Origin: Chiloscyllium plagiosum
Taxonomy: Eukaryota
Assembly: GCF_004010195.1 (NCBI RefSeq)
Contig: NC_057756.1
Location: 9,334,585-9,370,980 of the forward strand
Direction: 5' to 3'
DNA: 36,396 bases
Below, piece after piece: positions 11,263 through 23,795 of this stretch (position 1 is its first letter; each line of letters opens with the position of its first letter). The notes below the pieces were generated by a model, which saw nothing but the letters and a program-made list of their open reading frames with translations, did not search any database and was not told where the DNA came from. The translations under genes and the position numbers were made by a program.

Positions 11263-12392
11263 TGACAGTGCGGCACTCCCTCAGCACTGACCCTCCGACA
11301 GTGCAGCACTCCCTCAGCACTGACCCTCCGACAGTGCGGCACTCCCTCAGCACTGACCCTCCGACAGTGCGGCACTCCCTCAGCACTGACCCCCCGACAG
11401 TGGAGCGCTCCCTCAGCACTGACCCTCCGACAGTGCGGCACACCCTCAGCACNNNNNNNNNNNNNNNNNNNNNNNNNNNNNNNNNNNNNNNNNNNNNNNN
11501 NNNNNNNNNNNNNNNNNNNNNNNNNNNNNNNNNNNNNNNNNNNNNNNNNNNNNNNNNNNNNNNNNNNNNNNNNNNNNNNNNNNNNNNNNNNNNNNNNNNN
11601 NNNNNNNNNNNNNNNNNNNNNNNNNNNNNNNNNNNNNNNNNNNNNNNNNNNNNNNNNNNNNNNNNNNNNNNNNNNNNNNNNNNNNNNNNNNNNNNNNNNN
11701 NNNNNNNNNNNNNNNNNNNNNNNNNNNNNNNNNNNNNNNNNNNNNNNNNNNNNNNNNNNNNNNNNNNNNNNNNNNNNNNNNNNNNNNNNNNNNNNNNNNN
11801 NNNNNNNNNNNNNNNNNNNNNNNNNNNNNNNNNNNNNNNNNNNNNNNNNNNNNNNNNNNNNNNNNNNNNNNNNNNNNNNNNNNNNNNNNNNNNNNNNNNN
11901 NNNNNNNNNNNNNNNNNNNNNNNNNNNNNNNNNNNNNNNNNNNNNNNNNNNNNNNNNNNNNNNNNNNNNNNNNNNNNNNNNNNNNNNNNNNNNNNNNNNN
12001 NNNNNNNNNNNNNNNNNNNNNNNNNNNNNNNNNNNNNNNNNNNNNNNNNNNNNNNNNNNNNNNNNNNNNNNNNNNNNNNNNNNNNNNNNNNNNNNNNNNN
12101 NNNNNNNNNNNNNNNNNNNNNNNNNNNNNNNNNNNNNNNNNNNNNNNNNNNNNNNNNNNNNNNNNNNNNNNNNNNNNNNNNNNNNNNNNNNNNNNNNNNN
12201 NNNNNNNNGTACGGCCCTCCCTCAGCACTGACCCTCTGACAGTGTGGCACTCCCTCAGCACTGACCCTCCGACTGTGCGGCACTCCCTCAGCACTGACCC
12301 TCCGACAGTGCCCACTCCCTCAGCACTGACCTCCCACAGTGCGGCACTCACTCAGCACTGACCCTCCGACAGTGCAGCACTCCCTCAGCACT
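11263..12392. repeat. 33-bp minisatellite spanning a gap
   Basis: Tandem acagtgcggcactccctcagcactgaccctccg on both sides of the N run, preceded by a Deu-type SINE remnant at about 11030-11262. Confidence 0.95.
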
Positions 12393-12394
12393 GG

Positions 12395-13440
12395 AAATGT
12401 TATAGTTTGAGTATTTTCGATGGGTCAGTTTTTGCCCAATGTGTGCAGGATGGTTTCCTGACACAGTACGTAGACAGACCAACAAGAGGCAAGGCCACAA
12501 TTGGATTTGGTACTGGGTATGGACCCAGCCAGCTGTTAGATTTGGAGGCAAGGTGAGCACTTTGGTGATAGTGACCACAATTCGGTTATGTTTACTTTAA
12601 CGATGGAAAGGGATAGGTATATACCGCAAGGCAAGAGGTATAACTGCAGGAAAGGAAATTACGATGCAATTCGGCAAGATTTAGGATGCTTGGGTGGGGA
12701 AGGAAACTGCAGGGGATGGGCACAACTGAAATGTGGAGCTTATTTAAGGAACAGCGACTGCATGTCCTTGATAAGTATGTACCTGTCAGGCAGAGAGGAA
12801 GTGGTTAAGTGAGGGAGCCGTAGTTTACGAAGGAAGTTGAATCGCTTGTTAAGAGGAAGAAGAAGGGTTGTGTTCGGATGAGATGTGATGGCTCAGTTAG
12901 GGCGCTTGAGGGTAACAAGGTTAGCCAGGAAAGACCTAAAGAGAGAGCTAAGAAAAGCCAAAAGGGGACATGAGAAGTTGTTGGTGGATAGGATCAAGGT
13001 AAACCCTAAAGCTTTCTACAGGTATATCAGAAATAAAAGAGTAGGGCCAGTCAAGGACAGTCGTGGGAAGTTGAGCGTGGAGTCTGAGGAGATAGGGGAA
13101 ACGCTAAAAGAGTATTTTTTGTCAGTATTCACACTGGAAAAAGACAATGTTGAGTATTTTTTGTCAGTATTCACACTGGAAAAAGACAATGTTGTCGATA
13201 AAATACTGAGATACAGGCTACTAGACTGGACAGGATTGAGGTTCACAGGGAGGAAGTGTTAGCAATTCTGTAAGGGTGAAAATAGATAAGTCCCCTGGGC
13301 CGGATGGGGTTTATTCGAGGATTCTCTGGAAAGTCAGGGAGGAGATTGCTGAGCCTTTGACTTTGATCTTTATGTCATCATTGTCTACAGGAATAGTGCC
13401 AGAAGGCTGGGAGCAGAAAGGCCTTCCTCTGTGCTGTAGA
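12395..13440 (+). mobile_element. CR1 ORF2 fragment (endonuclease end and linker)
   Basis: Encodes LGDSDHN, IKVNPKAFYRYIRNKR and DKSPGPDGVY. Internal 42-bp tandem duplication at 13110-13193. Confidence 0.88.
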
Positions 13441-13689
13441 CCTAGCTTACAGAGTTTATATATATATCTCTTTGGCTTGTGTAGAAATCCCCTGGCACAG
13501 GGTTTAAACTTCCTCAGTTGCAAGGCACGTGATTTGCTGATCTCTCTTGCTGCTCTCAGTCTACTCAAGGTGACTGCACTTTCCCAACTACATCATCGTG
13601 TCCAGGTCTCACCCGACCCTCAGCCTAACTCCATCCTGCATTACTATCCCTCCCCCTTCATCCCCATCAATGCCACTCTTCACTGCCCT

Positions 13690-13940
13690 ATTCCCCCCCT
13701 TGAGAAGGTGGGGGTGAGCTGCCTTCTTGAGCCGCTGCAGTCCATGTGCTGTGGGGAGACCCACAATGTCCCTGAGGGAGGGAATCCCAGGATTCTGACC
13801 CAGGAAGGAACGGGAGATATATTTCCAAGTCGGGATGGTGAGGGGCTCGGAGGGGAACCTGCAGGTGGGTGGTGTTCCCATGTACCTGCTGCCCCTTGTC
13901 CTTCTAGATGGAAGTGGCCGTGGGTTTGGAAGGTGCTGTT
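13690..13940 (-). mobile_element. 3' end of a CR1/L2-group LINE (same family as 24590-25345 and 21200-21390)
   Basis: Reverse complement of 24935-25290. Confidence 0.75.
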
Positions 13941-14231
13941 CTGACATGGATGGTAACCCCAGGTCACCATTTAATTATAACGTGCAGACAGGAAATACAG
14001 TGTAAAATGGATATAAATTCAGTGTCTATCCACACGGAGAGAGGAGAGAGAGGGAGAGAGAGACCAGGGAATTTCCCTCCAGACGAGCTGTGAAAGGATA
14101 GACCTAACAGGGAGAACATTCACAATAATCTCCAGCCGTGAGTCAGACTGTGAACAACGATGGGGAGAAATCTCAACAATCTGGGCAAGAGACTGTTTTT
14201 ACAGAAACACCCGGCAGCAGGGGACAAGAAT

Positions 14232-14757
14232 GAGTGTGTGTTTGTGTGTGTGTGTGTGTCTGTGTGAGTGTGTGTCTGTGTGAGTGTGTGTGTCTGTGTG
14301 AGTGTGTGAATGTGTGCGTGAGAGAGAATGTGTGTGTGTGAGTAGTGTGTCTATGCATGCGTGTCTGAGTGTGTCTGTGTGTGCGCGTGTGTCTGTGTAT
14401 GCGGCTGTGTATGCGGCTGTGTGTGTCTGTATGCGTGTGTGTGCGCATGTGTGTGTATGTCTGTGTATGCGGGTGTGTGCATGTCTGAGCGTGTATGCAT
14501 GTGTGTCTGAGTGTGCATGTTTGTGTATGCGTACATGTCTGCGTGTGTATGCGTGCGTGTCTGTGTGTGTATGCGTGCATGTGCATGTCTCGGAGTGTTT
14601 GTGTATGCGTGTGTGAGTGTGTCAGTGTGTATGCCTGTGTGTGTGTGTGTCTGTGTGTATGCGTGTGTGTGTGTGCGTGCATCTGTGTGAGAATGTGTAT
14701 GTGAGAGAGAGTGTATATATGTGAGTGTGCGTGTGTGTGAGTCTGTGTGTGAGAGAG
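14232..14757. repeat. Compound (TG)n microsatellite
   Basis: Degenerate TG/TGTA/TGCG tract of about 525 bp. Confidence 0.97.
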
Positions 14758-14898
14758 ATCACAGCTTTGAAAAGAACCATTAAGCACCCCTACTCTATAG
14801 GTAAAGGAATAGGTAAGCGACTCTCTCTTTCTCTCTCTCTGTCAGAAATGTCTGCTCAGGTGCCACTTTGCCATTACTGGTAATGGCCATGTAATAGT

Positions 14899-14956
14899 CA
14901 GAGAGTGACTCAGAGAGTGACTCAGAGAGTGACTCAGAGAGTGACTCAGAGAGTGA
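14899..14956. repeat. 12-bp tandem repeat (gagagtgactca), about 4.5 copies
   Basis: Directly visible. Confidence 0.95.
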
Positions 14957-15244
14957 TCTGTGCATCTTTCATGTCAGTTTTGTTTCAGTCTCCCTTCTCA
15001 TTGCTGTTTGTTATTTTTTTTCCTTGTGTTTGTGTAACCAATGAATTCACTCTCTTGTTCATTACCAGAAGACCGGCCAAATTAGTTCCTTTTGAAACAT
15101 AAATCCATTGGATCCCCAAGGACGGTAACCACACAAGAGGGGATCCTTTGTAAACAAATCCTGTTGTGGCCGAGCAAGGGGGCGGGAGGGTACAGAAAGG
15201 GAGATCTTGCCAATTTGGGGAATCCAGTCTGGAGCTGTAATGGC

Positions 15245-16951
15245 TTCGGAAACATCGCCCAGGACCTCAGCAGGTCAGGGGTCAGAGGTGAATGTCAGGA
15301 CCGTCACCAAGGAGAAGGTGTTCGGGGTCGGAGGGTGGATACAGCATCCTCCCTGGATGGACTATACCCTGGAGTTCTGATGGAGGTCGCCAAGGAGATG
15401 GTGGAGATGTTGCTGGTGGTCTTTCAGAATCACTGGCATCAGGGAGCGTCCGAAAGGACCGGAAAATGGTGAATGGAACAGCCCTGTTCAAGAAGGGAGG
15501 GAGGCAGAGGACAAGGAACGATAGGCTGCTCAGCCTGAGCTCAGCTGGTGGTAAGACTTTGGAGTCCAGTATGAAGGATGAGAGCGCGGAATACTTGGAC
15601 GTGCCTGGTTAAATCGGGCTGAGTCGGCACAGAGAGGGAGGGAGAGGGAGGGAGAGGGAGGGAGGGAGAGGGAGGGAGAGGGAGGGAGAGGGAGGGAGAG
15701 GGAGGGAGAGGGGGAGAGAGAGTGGGAGAGAGAGTGGGAGAGAGAGTGGGAGAGAGAGTGGGAGAGAGAGTGGGAGAGAGAGTGGGAGAGAGAGTGGGAG
15801 AGAGAGTGGGAGAGAGAGTGGGAGAGAGAGTGGGAGAGAGAGTGGGAGAGAGAGTGGGAGAGAGAGTGGGAGAGAGAGTGGGAGAGAGAGTGGGAGAGAG
15901 AGTGGGAGAGAGAGTGGGAGAGAGAGTGGGAGAGAGAGTGGGAGAGAGAGTGGGAGAGAGAGTGGGAGAGAGAGTGGGAGAGAGAGTGGGAGAGAGAGTG
16001 GGAGAGAGAGTGGGAGAGAGAGTGGGAGAGAGAGTGGGAGAGAGAGTGGGAGAGAGAGTGGGAGAGAGAGTGGGAGAGAGAGTGGGAGAGAGAGTGGGAG
16101 AGAGAGTGGGAGAGAGAGTGGGAGAGAGAGTGGGAGAGAGAGTGGGAGAGAGAGTGGGAGAGAGAGTGGGAGAGAGAGTGGGAGAGAGAGTGGGAGAGAG
16201 AGTGGGAGAGAGAGTGGGAGAGAGAGTGGGAGAGAGAGTGGGAGAGAGAGTGGGAGAGAGAGTGGGAGAGAGAGTGGGAGAGAGAGTGGGAGAGAGAGTG
16301 GGAGAGAGAGTGGGAGAGAGAGTGGGAGAGAGAGTGGGAGAGAGAGTGGGAGACAGGAAATACAGTCTAAAAGTTACGGGGAGGCCGTACCCGACAAATC
16401 TGTCCGAATCCTTTGAGAAGGTAACCAGGAGTTTTGAGGAAGGTGAGCCAGTGAACGTGATTTCTTTTGATTTCCAGAGGACCATTAACAAGATGCCAAG
16501 CAGGACGCTGCTTAGTAAGATAAGACCCTTTGGTGTTAGGGGCAAGGTCGTGGCATGGGCAGAGGATTGGCTAACTGGCGGAAGGCAGAGAGTGGAGCCA
16601 AAGGGGCCTTTCGCAGGATGGCAGCTGGTGAGTGGTGGAGTATCACAGGGGTCGGTGTGGTTGGGCCCACCCCGATTCCCGTTCTACAGTATGGACGGAG
16701 GAGTTGAAGGGATCGATGCTCAGTTTGCAGATGACCCAAACACAGGTGGAGGGACAGGAGGTGTTGAGGGAGGCTGCAGACAGGATGTGGACAGGCCCGG
16801 AGAGTGAGCAATGAAGTGGCAGACGTGTGATAAAAAGAATAGAGGCGCAGACGGTTTTCTAAATGGGCAAAGGCTTCGGAAACCCGAAGCAGAAAGGGGC
16901 TGCGGGAGTCCGAGTTCAGGATTCTCTCAGGTTCACTTGGAACGTAGGAAG
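15245..16951 (+). mobile_element. Old CR1 RT fragment interrupted by a GA-rich array
   Basis: Degenerate motifs ([36 protein letters not shown]). Confidence 0.82.
15632..16352. repeat. Purine-rich minisatellite: (gagg/gagggaga)n then more than 50 perfect copies of the 12-mer gagagagagtgg
   Basis: Directly visible. Produces the spurious GERV and LSPT ORFs. Confidence 0.98.
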
Positions 16952-17452
16952 NNNNNNNNNNNNNNNNNNNNNNNNNNNNNNNNNNNNNNNNNNNNNNNNN
17001 NNNNNNNNNNNNNNNNNNNNNNNNNNNNNNNNNNNNNNNNNNNNNNNNNNNNNNNNNNNNNNNNNNNNNNNNNNNNNNNNNNNNNNNNNNNNNNNNNNNN
17101 NNNNNNNNNNNNNNNNNNNNNNNNNNNNNNNNNNNNNNNNNNNNNNNNNNNNNNNNNNNNNNNNNNNNNNNNNNNNNNNNNNNNNNNNNNNNNNNNNNNN
17201 NNNNNNNNNNNNNNNNNNNNNNNNNNNNNNNNNNNNNNNNNNNNNNNNNNNNNNNNNNNNNNNNNNNNNNNNNNNNNNNNNNNNNNNNNNNNNNNNNNNN
17301 NNNNNNNNNNNNNNNNNNNNNNNNNNNNNNNNNNNNNNNNNNNNNNNNNNNNNNNNNNNNNNNNNNNNNNNNNNNNNNNNNNNNNNNNNNNNNNNNNNNN
17401 NNNNNNNNNNNNNNNNNNNNNNNNNNNNNNNNNNNNNNNNNNNNNNNNNNNT

Positions 17453-17565
17453 TAACAGAGGAGGGGGGGGGGTGTAGGGGCTGGGGGAGGTTACACAGAT
17501 AGGGAGGGGGTGTAGGGGCTGGACGGGGTTACAGAGATCGGGAGGGGGTGTAGCGGCTGGAGTTA
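17453..17565. repeat. About 37-bp LINE-derived minisatellite (gggttacagagatagggagggggtgtaggggctgga); related copies at 232-325, 21062-21120 and 27355-27440
   Basis: The same unit is seen in both orientations. Confidence 0.75.
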
Positions 17566-18145
17566 GAGAGACAGAGAATATACTGGAGTCTGTTGGAGCT
17601 ATGAGAGATCAGGAGCATATTGAGTTGGAAATGTAGAGAATTGAAATAAGGCAGTGAATATAAAGCATGTGTTTCCTGACTGGGAATCAATCTCGGTCAA
17701 TGAGGAATGGTGCCTTCTATCTGAACTGGATTAAACTTGGGTTGGTCAATGAAGGGTGTTTTTTCCCAGATTGGATTATGGCTGACTTTTAATGAGGTCT
17801 TGAGGAGTTGGTGTTTACTTCTGTGTATAGGTGGCTATCCAGATTGCCTGCGGTCAAATCAGATTTTCAGAATATATCTGCAACAAGAAACAGGGCTACA
17901 TTTCATGAATATTAAAACATTTCACTCAGTTGCAACTATTTGGCAATGCACTTCACATTTCCTCAGAGATGTGCCAGCAGTTTAACTGTGATTTTGTTTC
18001 TCTCATTTTTTTCTCAGTTTATCACTGTTTCTTCTGCTTCTCAGTGTGGCAGAACCCAACAACAGGAAAGCTGTATTTATGTAGCACCTTCAATATGATG
18101 GAGTGTGCCCACTTTATTTCCCAGCCTGGGGACTCAACTGAATCC

Positions 18146-20232
18146 GAGTACCCCTCAATTTGTAGTTATGCCCCCTCGTACAAGCTGATGTCATCATCCT
18201 AGGAAAAAGACTTTCACTGTCTACCCTATCTAATCCTCTGATCATCTTGTATGTCTCTATCAAATCCCCTCTTAGCCTTCTTCTTGTCAATGAGAACAGA
18301 CCCAAGTCCCTCAGCCTTTCCTCATAAGGCCTTCCCTCTCGACCCGGCAACATCCTGGTAAATCGCCTCTGCACCTTTTCCAATGCTTCCACATTTTTTG
18401 TAATGCGGCGACCAGAACAATACTCCAAGTGTGGCCGCACCAGCGTTTTGTATAATTGCAGCATGATATCGCGGCTCCGGAACTCAATCCCTCTACAAAT
18501 GAAACATAACACACTGTATGCCTCCTTAACAGCACTATCAACCTGGGTGGCAACTTTCAGGGATCTATGTACACGGACTCCAAGATCCCTCTGGACATCC
18601 ACACTGCCAAGAATCTTTCCATTGGCCATCCTGTTATTCTTCCCAAAGTGCATCATCTCACATTTAGCTGCATTGAACTCCATTTGCCACCACTCAGCCA
18701 ATTCTGCAGTTTATCCAAGTCCCCATGCGACCTGCAACATTCTTCCACACTGTCCACTACTCCACCGACATTAGTGTCATCTGCAAATTTACTAATCCAT
18801 CCACCTATGCCTGCATCCAATTCATTTATAAAAATATCAAACAGCAGTGGTCCCAAAACAGGTCCTTGTAGCACACCACTAGAAACTGGACTCCAGGCTG
18901 AATATTTTCCATCAACCACCATTCACTGTCTTCTTTCAGAAAGCCAGTTTCTAATCCAAACTGCTAAATCACTCTCAATCCCATGCCTCTGCATTTTCTC
19001 CAACAGCCTACCATGTGGAACCTTATCAAAGGCTTTACTGAAGTCCATGTACAGCACATCAACTGCCCTACCCTCATCCACATGCTTGGTCACCTTCTCA
19101 AAAAACTCAATAAGATTTGTGAGACACAACCTGCCCTTGGCAAAACCATATTGACTAGCCCCAATCAAATTGTTGCTTGCTAGATGATTATAAATCCTAT
19201 CTCTTATAATCCTTTCCAAAACTTTTCCTACAGCAGACATAAGTTTTCACTGGTCTATAATTACCTGGGCCATCTCTGCCCTTCTTGAACAAGAGCACAA
19301 CATTTGCAATCCTCCAGTCCTCTGGTACTAAACCTGTAGACAATGATGACTCAATGATCAAGGCCAAAGGCTCCACCATCTCCTCCGTAGCTTCCCAGAG
19401 GAACCTCGGATAAATCCCATCCGGCCCAGGGGACTTATCTACTTTCACACCTTCTAGAATTGATAACACCTCCTTACTGACCTCAATCCTTTCTAGTCTA
19501 ATAGCCCGTATCTCAGACTTCTCCTCTACAATATTCTCCTTTTCCTCAGTGAAAACAGATGAGAAATATTCATTTAGCACTTCTCCGATCTCCACACGGT
19601 CCACACACAACTTCCCACTTCTGTCTTTGACTGGCCCTGTTCCTACCCTGGTCATCCTTTTATTCCTCATTACCTGTAGAAAGTTTAGGGTTCTCCCTTA
19701 TTCTACCTGCTCATGTTCCCTCCTTGCTCTTCTTGACTCTCTCTTTAAATCCTTCCGAGGTAATCTGTAACTTTCCATGGCCTCATCTCAACCATATCGT
19801 CTCAACGTCACATCTGCCTCCCTCTTCCGTTTAACAAGAGATGCAATTTCTGTTGTAAACCACAATTCCCTCGCCTTATCACTCCCTCCCTGCCTGACAG
19901 GGACATACCTATCAAGGACACGCAATATCTGCTCCTTAAACCAGCTCCACATTTCCATTGTCTGCATTCCCTGCATATTGCTGCCCCATTCTATGCATCC
20001 TAATTCTTGCCTGATCGCATTATAATTGCCCTTGCCCCATCTATAACTTCTTGACCTGTGGCGTGTACCTATCTCTCTTCATTGCTAAACTAAATGTAAC
20101 TGAATTATGGTCACTCTGTGCAAAGTGCTCACCTACAACTAAATCAAACACCTGGCCTGGTTCATTACCAAGCACCAGATCCAGTGTGGCCTCCCCTCTT
20201 GTCAACCCTTCGACATACTGTGTCAGGAAACC
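18146..20232 (-). mobile_element. CR1 LINE ORF2, frameshifted; longest RT remnant in the window
   Basis: Encodes DKSPGPDGIYPR, YMDFSKAFDKVPH, GVLQGPVLGPLLF, KFADDT, LYKTLVRPHLEYC and RRRLRGDLIETYK in several frames. Confidence 0.95.
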
Positions 20233-21391
20233 NNNNNNNNNNNNNNNNNNNNNNNNNNNNNNNNNNNNNNNNNNNNNNNNNNNNNNNNNNNNNNNNNNNN
20301 NNNNNNNNNNNNNNNNNNNNNNNNNNNNNNNNNNNNNNNNNNNNNNNNNNNNNNNNNNNNNNNNNNNNNNNNNNNNNNNNNNNNNNNNNNNNNNNNNNNN
20401 NNNNNNNNNNNNNNNNNNNNNNNNNNNNNNNNNNNNNNNNNNNNNNNNNNNNNNNNNNNNNNNNNNNNNNNNNNNNNNNNNNNNNNNNNNNNNNNNNNNN
20501 NNNNNNNNNNNNNNNNNNNNNNNNNNNNNNNNNNNNNNNNNNNNNNNNNNNNNNNNNNNNNNNNNNNNNNNNNNNNNNNNNNNNNNNNNNNNNNNNNNNN
20601 NNNNNNNNNNNNNNNNNNNNNNNNNNNNNNNNNNNNNNNNNNNNNNNNNNNNNNNNNNNNNNNNNNNNNNNNNNNNNNNNNNNNNNNNNNNNNNNNNNNN
20701 NNNNNNNNNNNNNNNNNNNNNNNNNNNNNNNNNNNNNNNNNNNNNNNNNNNNNNNNNNNNNNNNNNNNNNNNNNNNNNNNNNNNNNNNNNNNNNNNNNNN
20801 NNNNNNNNNNNNNNNNNNNNNNNNNNNNNNNNNNNNNNNNNNNNNNNNNNNNNNNNNNNNNNNNNNNNNNNNNNNNNNNNNNNNNNNNNNNNNNNNNNNN
20901 NNNNNNNNNNNNNNNNNNNNNNNNNNNNNNNNNNNNNNNNNNNNNNNNNNNNNNNNNNNNNNNNNNNNNNNNNNNNNNNNNNNNNNNNNNNNNNNNNNNN
21001 NNNNNNNNNNNNNNNNNNNNNNNNNNNNNNNNNNNNNNNNNNNNNNNNNNNNNNNNNNNNNAGAGAGGGTGAGGGTGTGCAGGGGGTTACAGAGAGGGGG
21101 AGGGGGTTACAGAGAGGGGGAAAATGAGGAATATATGTAAGGAAGGATGGGAATTGTAAGTTAGGACATTGTCAAGATGGGAACAATACAAGAGGATAGG
21201 ACTTGGTGAAATAATGACCTTGACAAATGGCAGGTAACATTCACATCACAGAAATGCCAGGCAATGATCACCTCCAACAGGTGGGAATGCAATCTTTGTC
21301 CCTTGACATTCAATAGTGTTATTATCACAGAATCTCCCACTAAAAACACTCTGGGGGCTACCATTGATCAGAAACTCAACTGAATTAGCAA

Positions 21392-23795
21392 TATGAGCAA
21401 CTGGAGGGCAGCTAATGCAACACCATTTTCAAAAGAAAATAGAGGAAGAGAGAAAACTGGGAATTATGGGCCGTTTAGCCTGACATTGGTGATGGGAAAA
21501 AGTGCTGGAGTCAATCATTAAGGATGTAATAACTGAGCATTTGGAAAGCAGTGACAGGATCGGGCCTAGTCAGCATGGATTCACTAAAGGGAAATCGTGC
21601 TTGACCAATCTGCTGGAAGGTTTTCAGGATGTGACCAGGAGAGTGAATCAGTGCATATTGTGTACTTGGACTTTCAAAAGGCTTTTGACAAGGTTCCACA
21701 CCAGAGATTAGTCAGGAAAATTAAAGCTCATGTAACCGGAGGTCATATATTAACATGGATAGAGAACTGGTTGGCAGACAGGAAGTGGAGATTTGGAATA
21801 AACGGGTCCTTTTCAGAGCGGCAGGCAGTGAGGAGAGGGGTACCGCAGAGTTCAGTGCTGTTCAAAATATACATTAACAACGTGGACAAAGGAAATGAAT
21901 CCTTTATATCTCCACATTTGCAGATGACACCAAGATGGGTGACAGTGTGTGCTGTGAGGAGGATGCTAAGAGGCTGCAGGTTGACTTGGGCAGACTGGCT
22001 AAGTGGGCAAATGCTTGGCAAATGCAATATAACGTGCGTTTATCCACTTTTGTGGCAAAAACAAGAAGGCAGATTATTATCTGAATGGTAAGTAGACAGG
22101 CAGGAGGCTGGGAGGACACAGCAAGGCAGGCAGCATCAGGAGGGACAGGCAGGAGGCTGGGGGAACACAGCAAGGCAGGCAGCATCAGGAGGGACAGGCA
22201 GGAGGCTGGAGGAACACAGCAAGGCAGGCAGCATCAGGAGGGACAGGCAGGAGGCTGGAGGAACACAGCAAGGCAGGCAGCATCAGGAGGGACAGGCAGG
22301 AGGCTGGAGGAACACAGCAAGGCAGGCAGCATCAGGAGGGACAGGCAGGAGGCTGGAGGAACACAGCAAGGCAGGCAGCATCAGGAGGGACAGGCAGGAG
22401 GCTGGAGGAACACAGCAAGGCAGGCAGCATCAGGAGGGACAGGCAGGAGGCTGGAGGAACACAGCAAGGCAGGCAGCATCAGGAGGGACAGGCAGGAGGC
22501 TGGAGGAACACAGCAAGGCAGGCAGCATCAGGAGGGACAGGCAGGAGGCTGGAGGAACACAGCAAGGCAGGCAGCATCAGGAGGGACAGGCAGGAGGCTG
22601 GAGGAACACAGCAAGGCAGGCAGCATCAGGAGGGACAGGCAGGAGGCTGGAGGAACACAGCAAGGCAGGCAGCATCAGGAGGGACAGGCAGGAGGCTGGA
22701 GGAACACAGCAAGGCAGGCAGCATCAGGAGGGACAGGCAGGAGGCTGGAGGAACACAGCAAGGCAGGCAGCATCAGGAGGGACAGGCAGGAGGCTGGGGG
22801 AACACAGCAAGCCAGNNNNNNNNNNNNNNNNNNNNNNNNNNNNNNNNNNNNNNNNNNNNNNNNNNNNNNNGGACAGGCAGGAGGCTGGAAGAACACAGCA
22901 AGGCAGGCAGCACCAGGAGGGACAGGCAGGAGGCTGGAGGAACACAGCAAGGCAGGCAGCATCAGGAGATGGAGAAGTCGACGTTTCAGGTGTAACCCTT
23001 CTAAAGGACTAGGGGGTGGGACTGAACAGTGGTATTTAGGAAAAGATGAGGTGCAACGAGACCTGGGTGTCACGGTGGAACAGTCACTGAAGGCTGGCGT
23101 GCAGGTACCGCAGGCAGGAAGGAAAGCTGATGGCACGTTGGCCTTCATCGCGAGAGAGGATTGGAGGATCAGAGTAAGGATATCTTGCTGCAGTTATATA
23201 GGATCTCGGTGATGGCCACACCGAGAGTATTGTGAGCAGTTTTGGTCTCCTCGTCTGAAGAAGGACATTATTGTTATTGAGGGAATCCACTGGAGGTTGG
23301 CCAGACTGCTTCACGGGATGACAGCACAGACATGTGAGGAAAGACTGGAGCGTCTGGGCTTGTATTTGCTGGAATTTACATGAATGGGTGGGAATCTCAC
23401 GGAACCAGATAAAATCCTGATCTGACTGGACAGGCTCGATGGGGGAAGCATGTTCCCAATACTGGGGGAGTCCAGAATGAGTGGTCACTGTCGAGGAATA
23501 AGGGGTAAGCCGTTCAGAACTGAGATGGGGACAGATTTCTTCACCCGGACAGTTGTGAACGTGTGGAACTCCCCTTCCCCAACAGGAGATCATTGGCTGA
23601 GGCCAGTTCATTGGATCTACTCAAGAGGGAGCTGGACGAGAACCGGAAGCTAAAGGGCTAAAGGGCTGAAGTGGCAGGGAGAGACGAAGGGAGTGGGATA
23701 TTGAAATTGCATGATCAGGCACGATCATATTGAAAGGTGGGGCAGGTTCGAAGGGCCGAATGGTCTACTCCTATACCTATTTTCTATGTTTCTAT
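21392..23795 (+). mobile_element. CR1 LINE (RT to 3' end) interrupted at about 22090-23020
   Basis: Encodes SQHGFTKGKSCLTNL, YLDFQKAFDKVPH and EVQRDLGV. 3' UTR with ttctatgtttcta tail. Confidence 0.92.
22094..22967. repeat. 49-bp minisatellite derived from a PLE terminus, about 17 copies
   Basis: Unit ggacaggcaggaggctggaggaacacagcaaggcaggcagcatcaggag, running directly into PLE terminal sequence at 22968-23020. Confidence 0.93.

Noticed and set aside
11234..12351. Cys/His-periodic ORFs resembling zinc fingers
   Set aside because: The 33-bp satellite read through an N gap.
14173..14787. His/Thr-rich 204-aa ORF
   Set aside because: Translation of a (CA)n microsatellite.
15541..16807. Long LSPT / GERV repeat ORFs resembling mucin-like proteins
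   Set aside because: A 12-bp DNA minisatellite inside a dead CR1.
18114..20232. Active retrotransposon ORF2
   Set aside because: Multiple frameshifts and stops, and truncated at the 3' end.
22085..23212. 375-aa ORF and CRISPR-like periodicity
   Set aside because: Translation of a stop-free 49-bp tandem repeat. No unique spacers and no cas genes; eukaryotic context.
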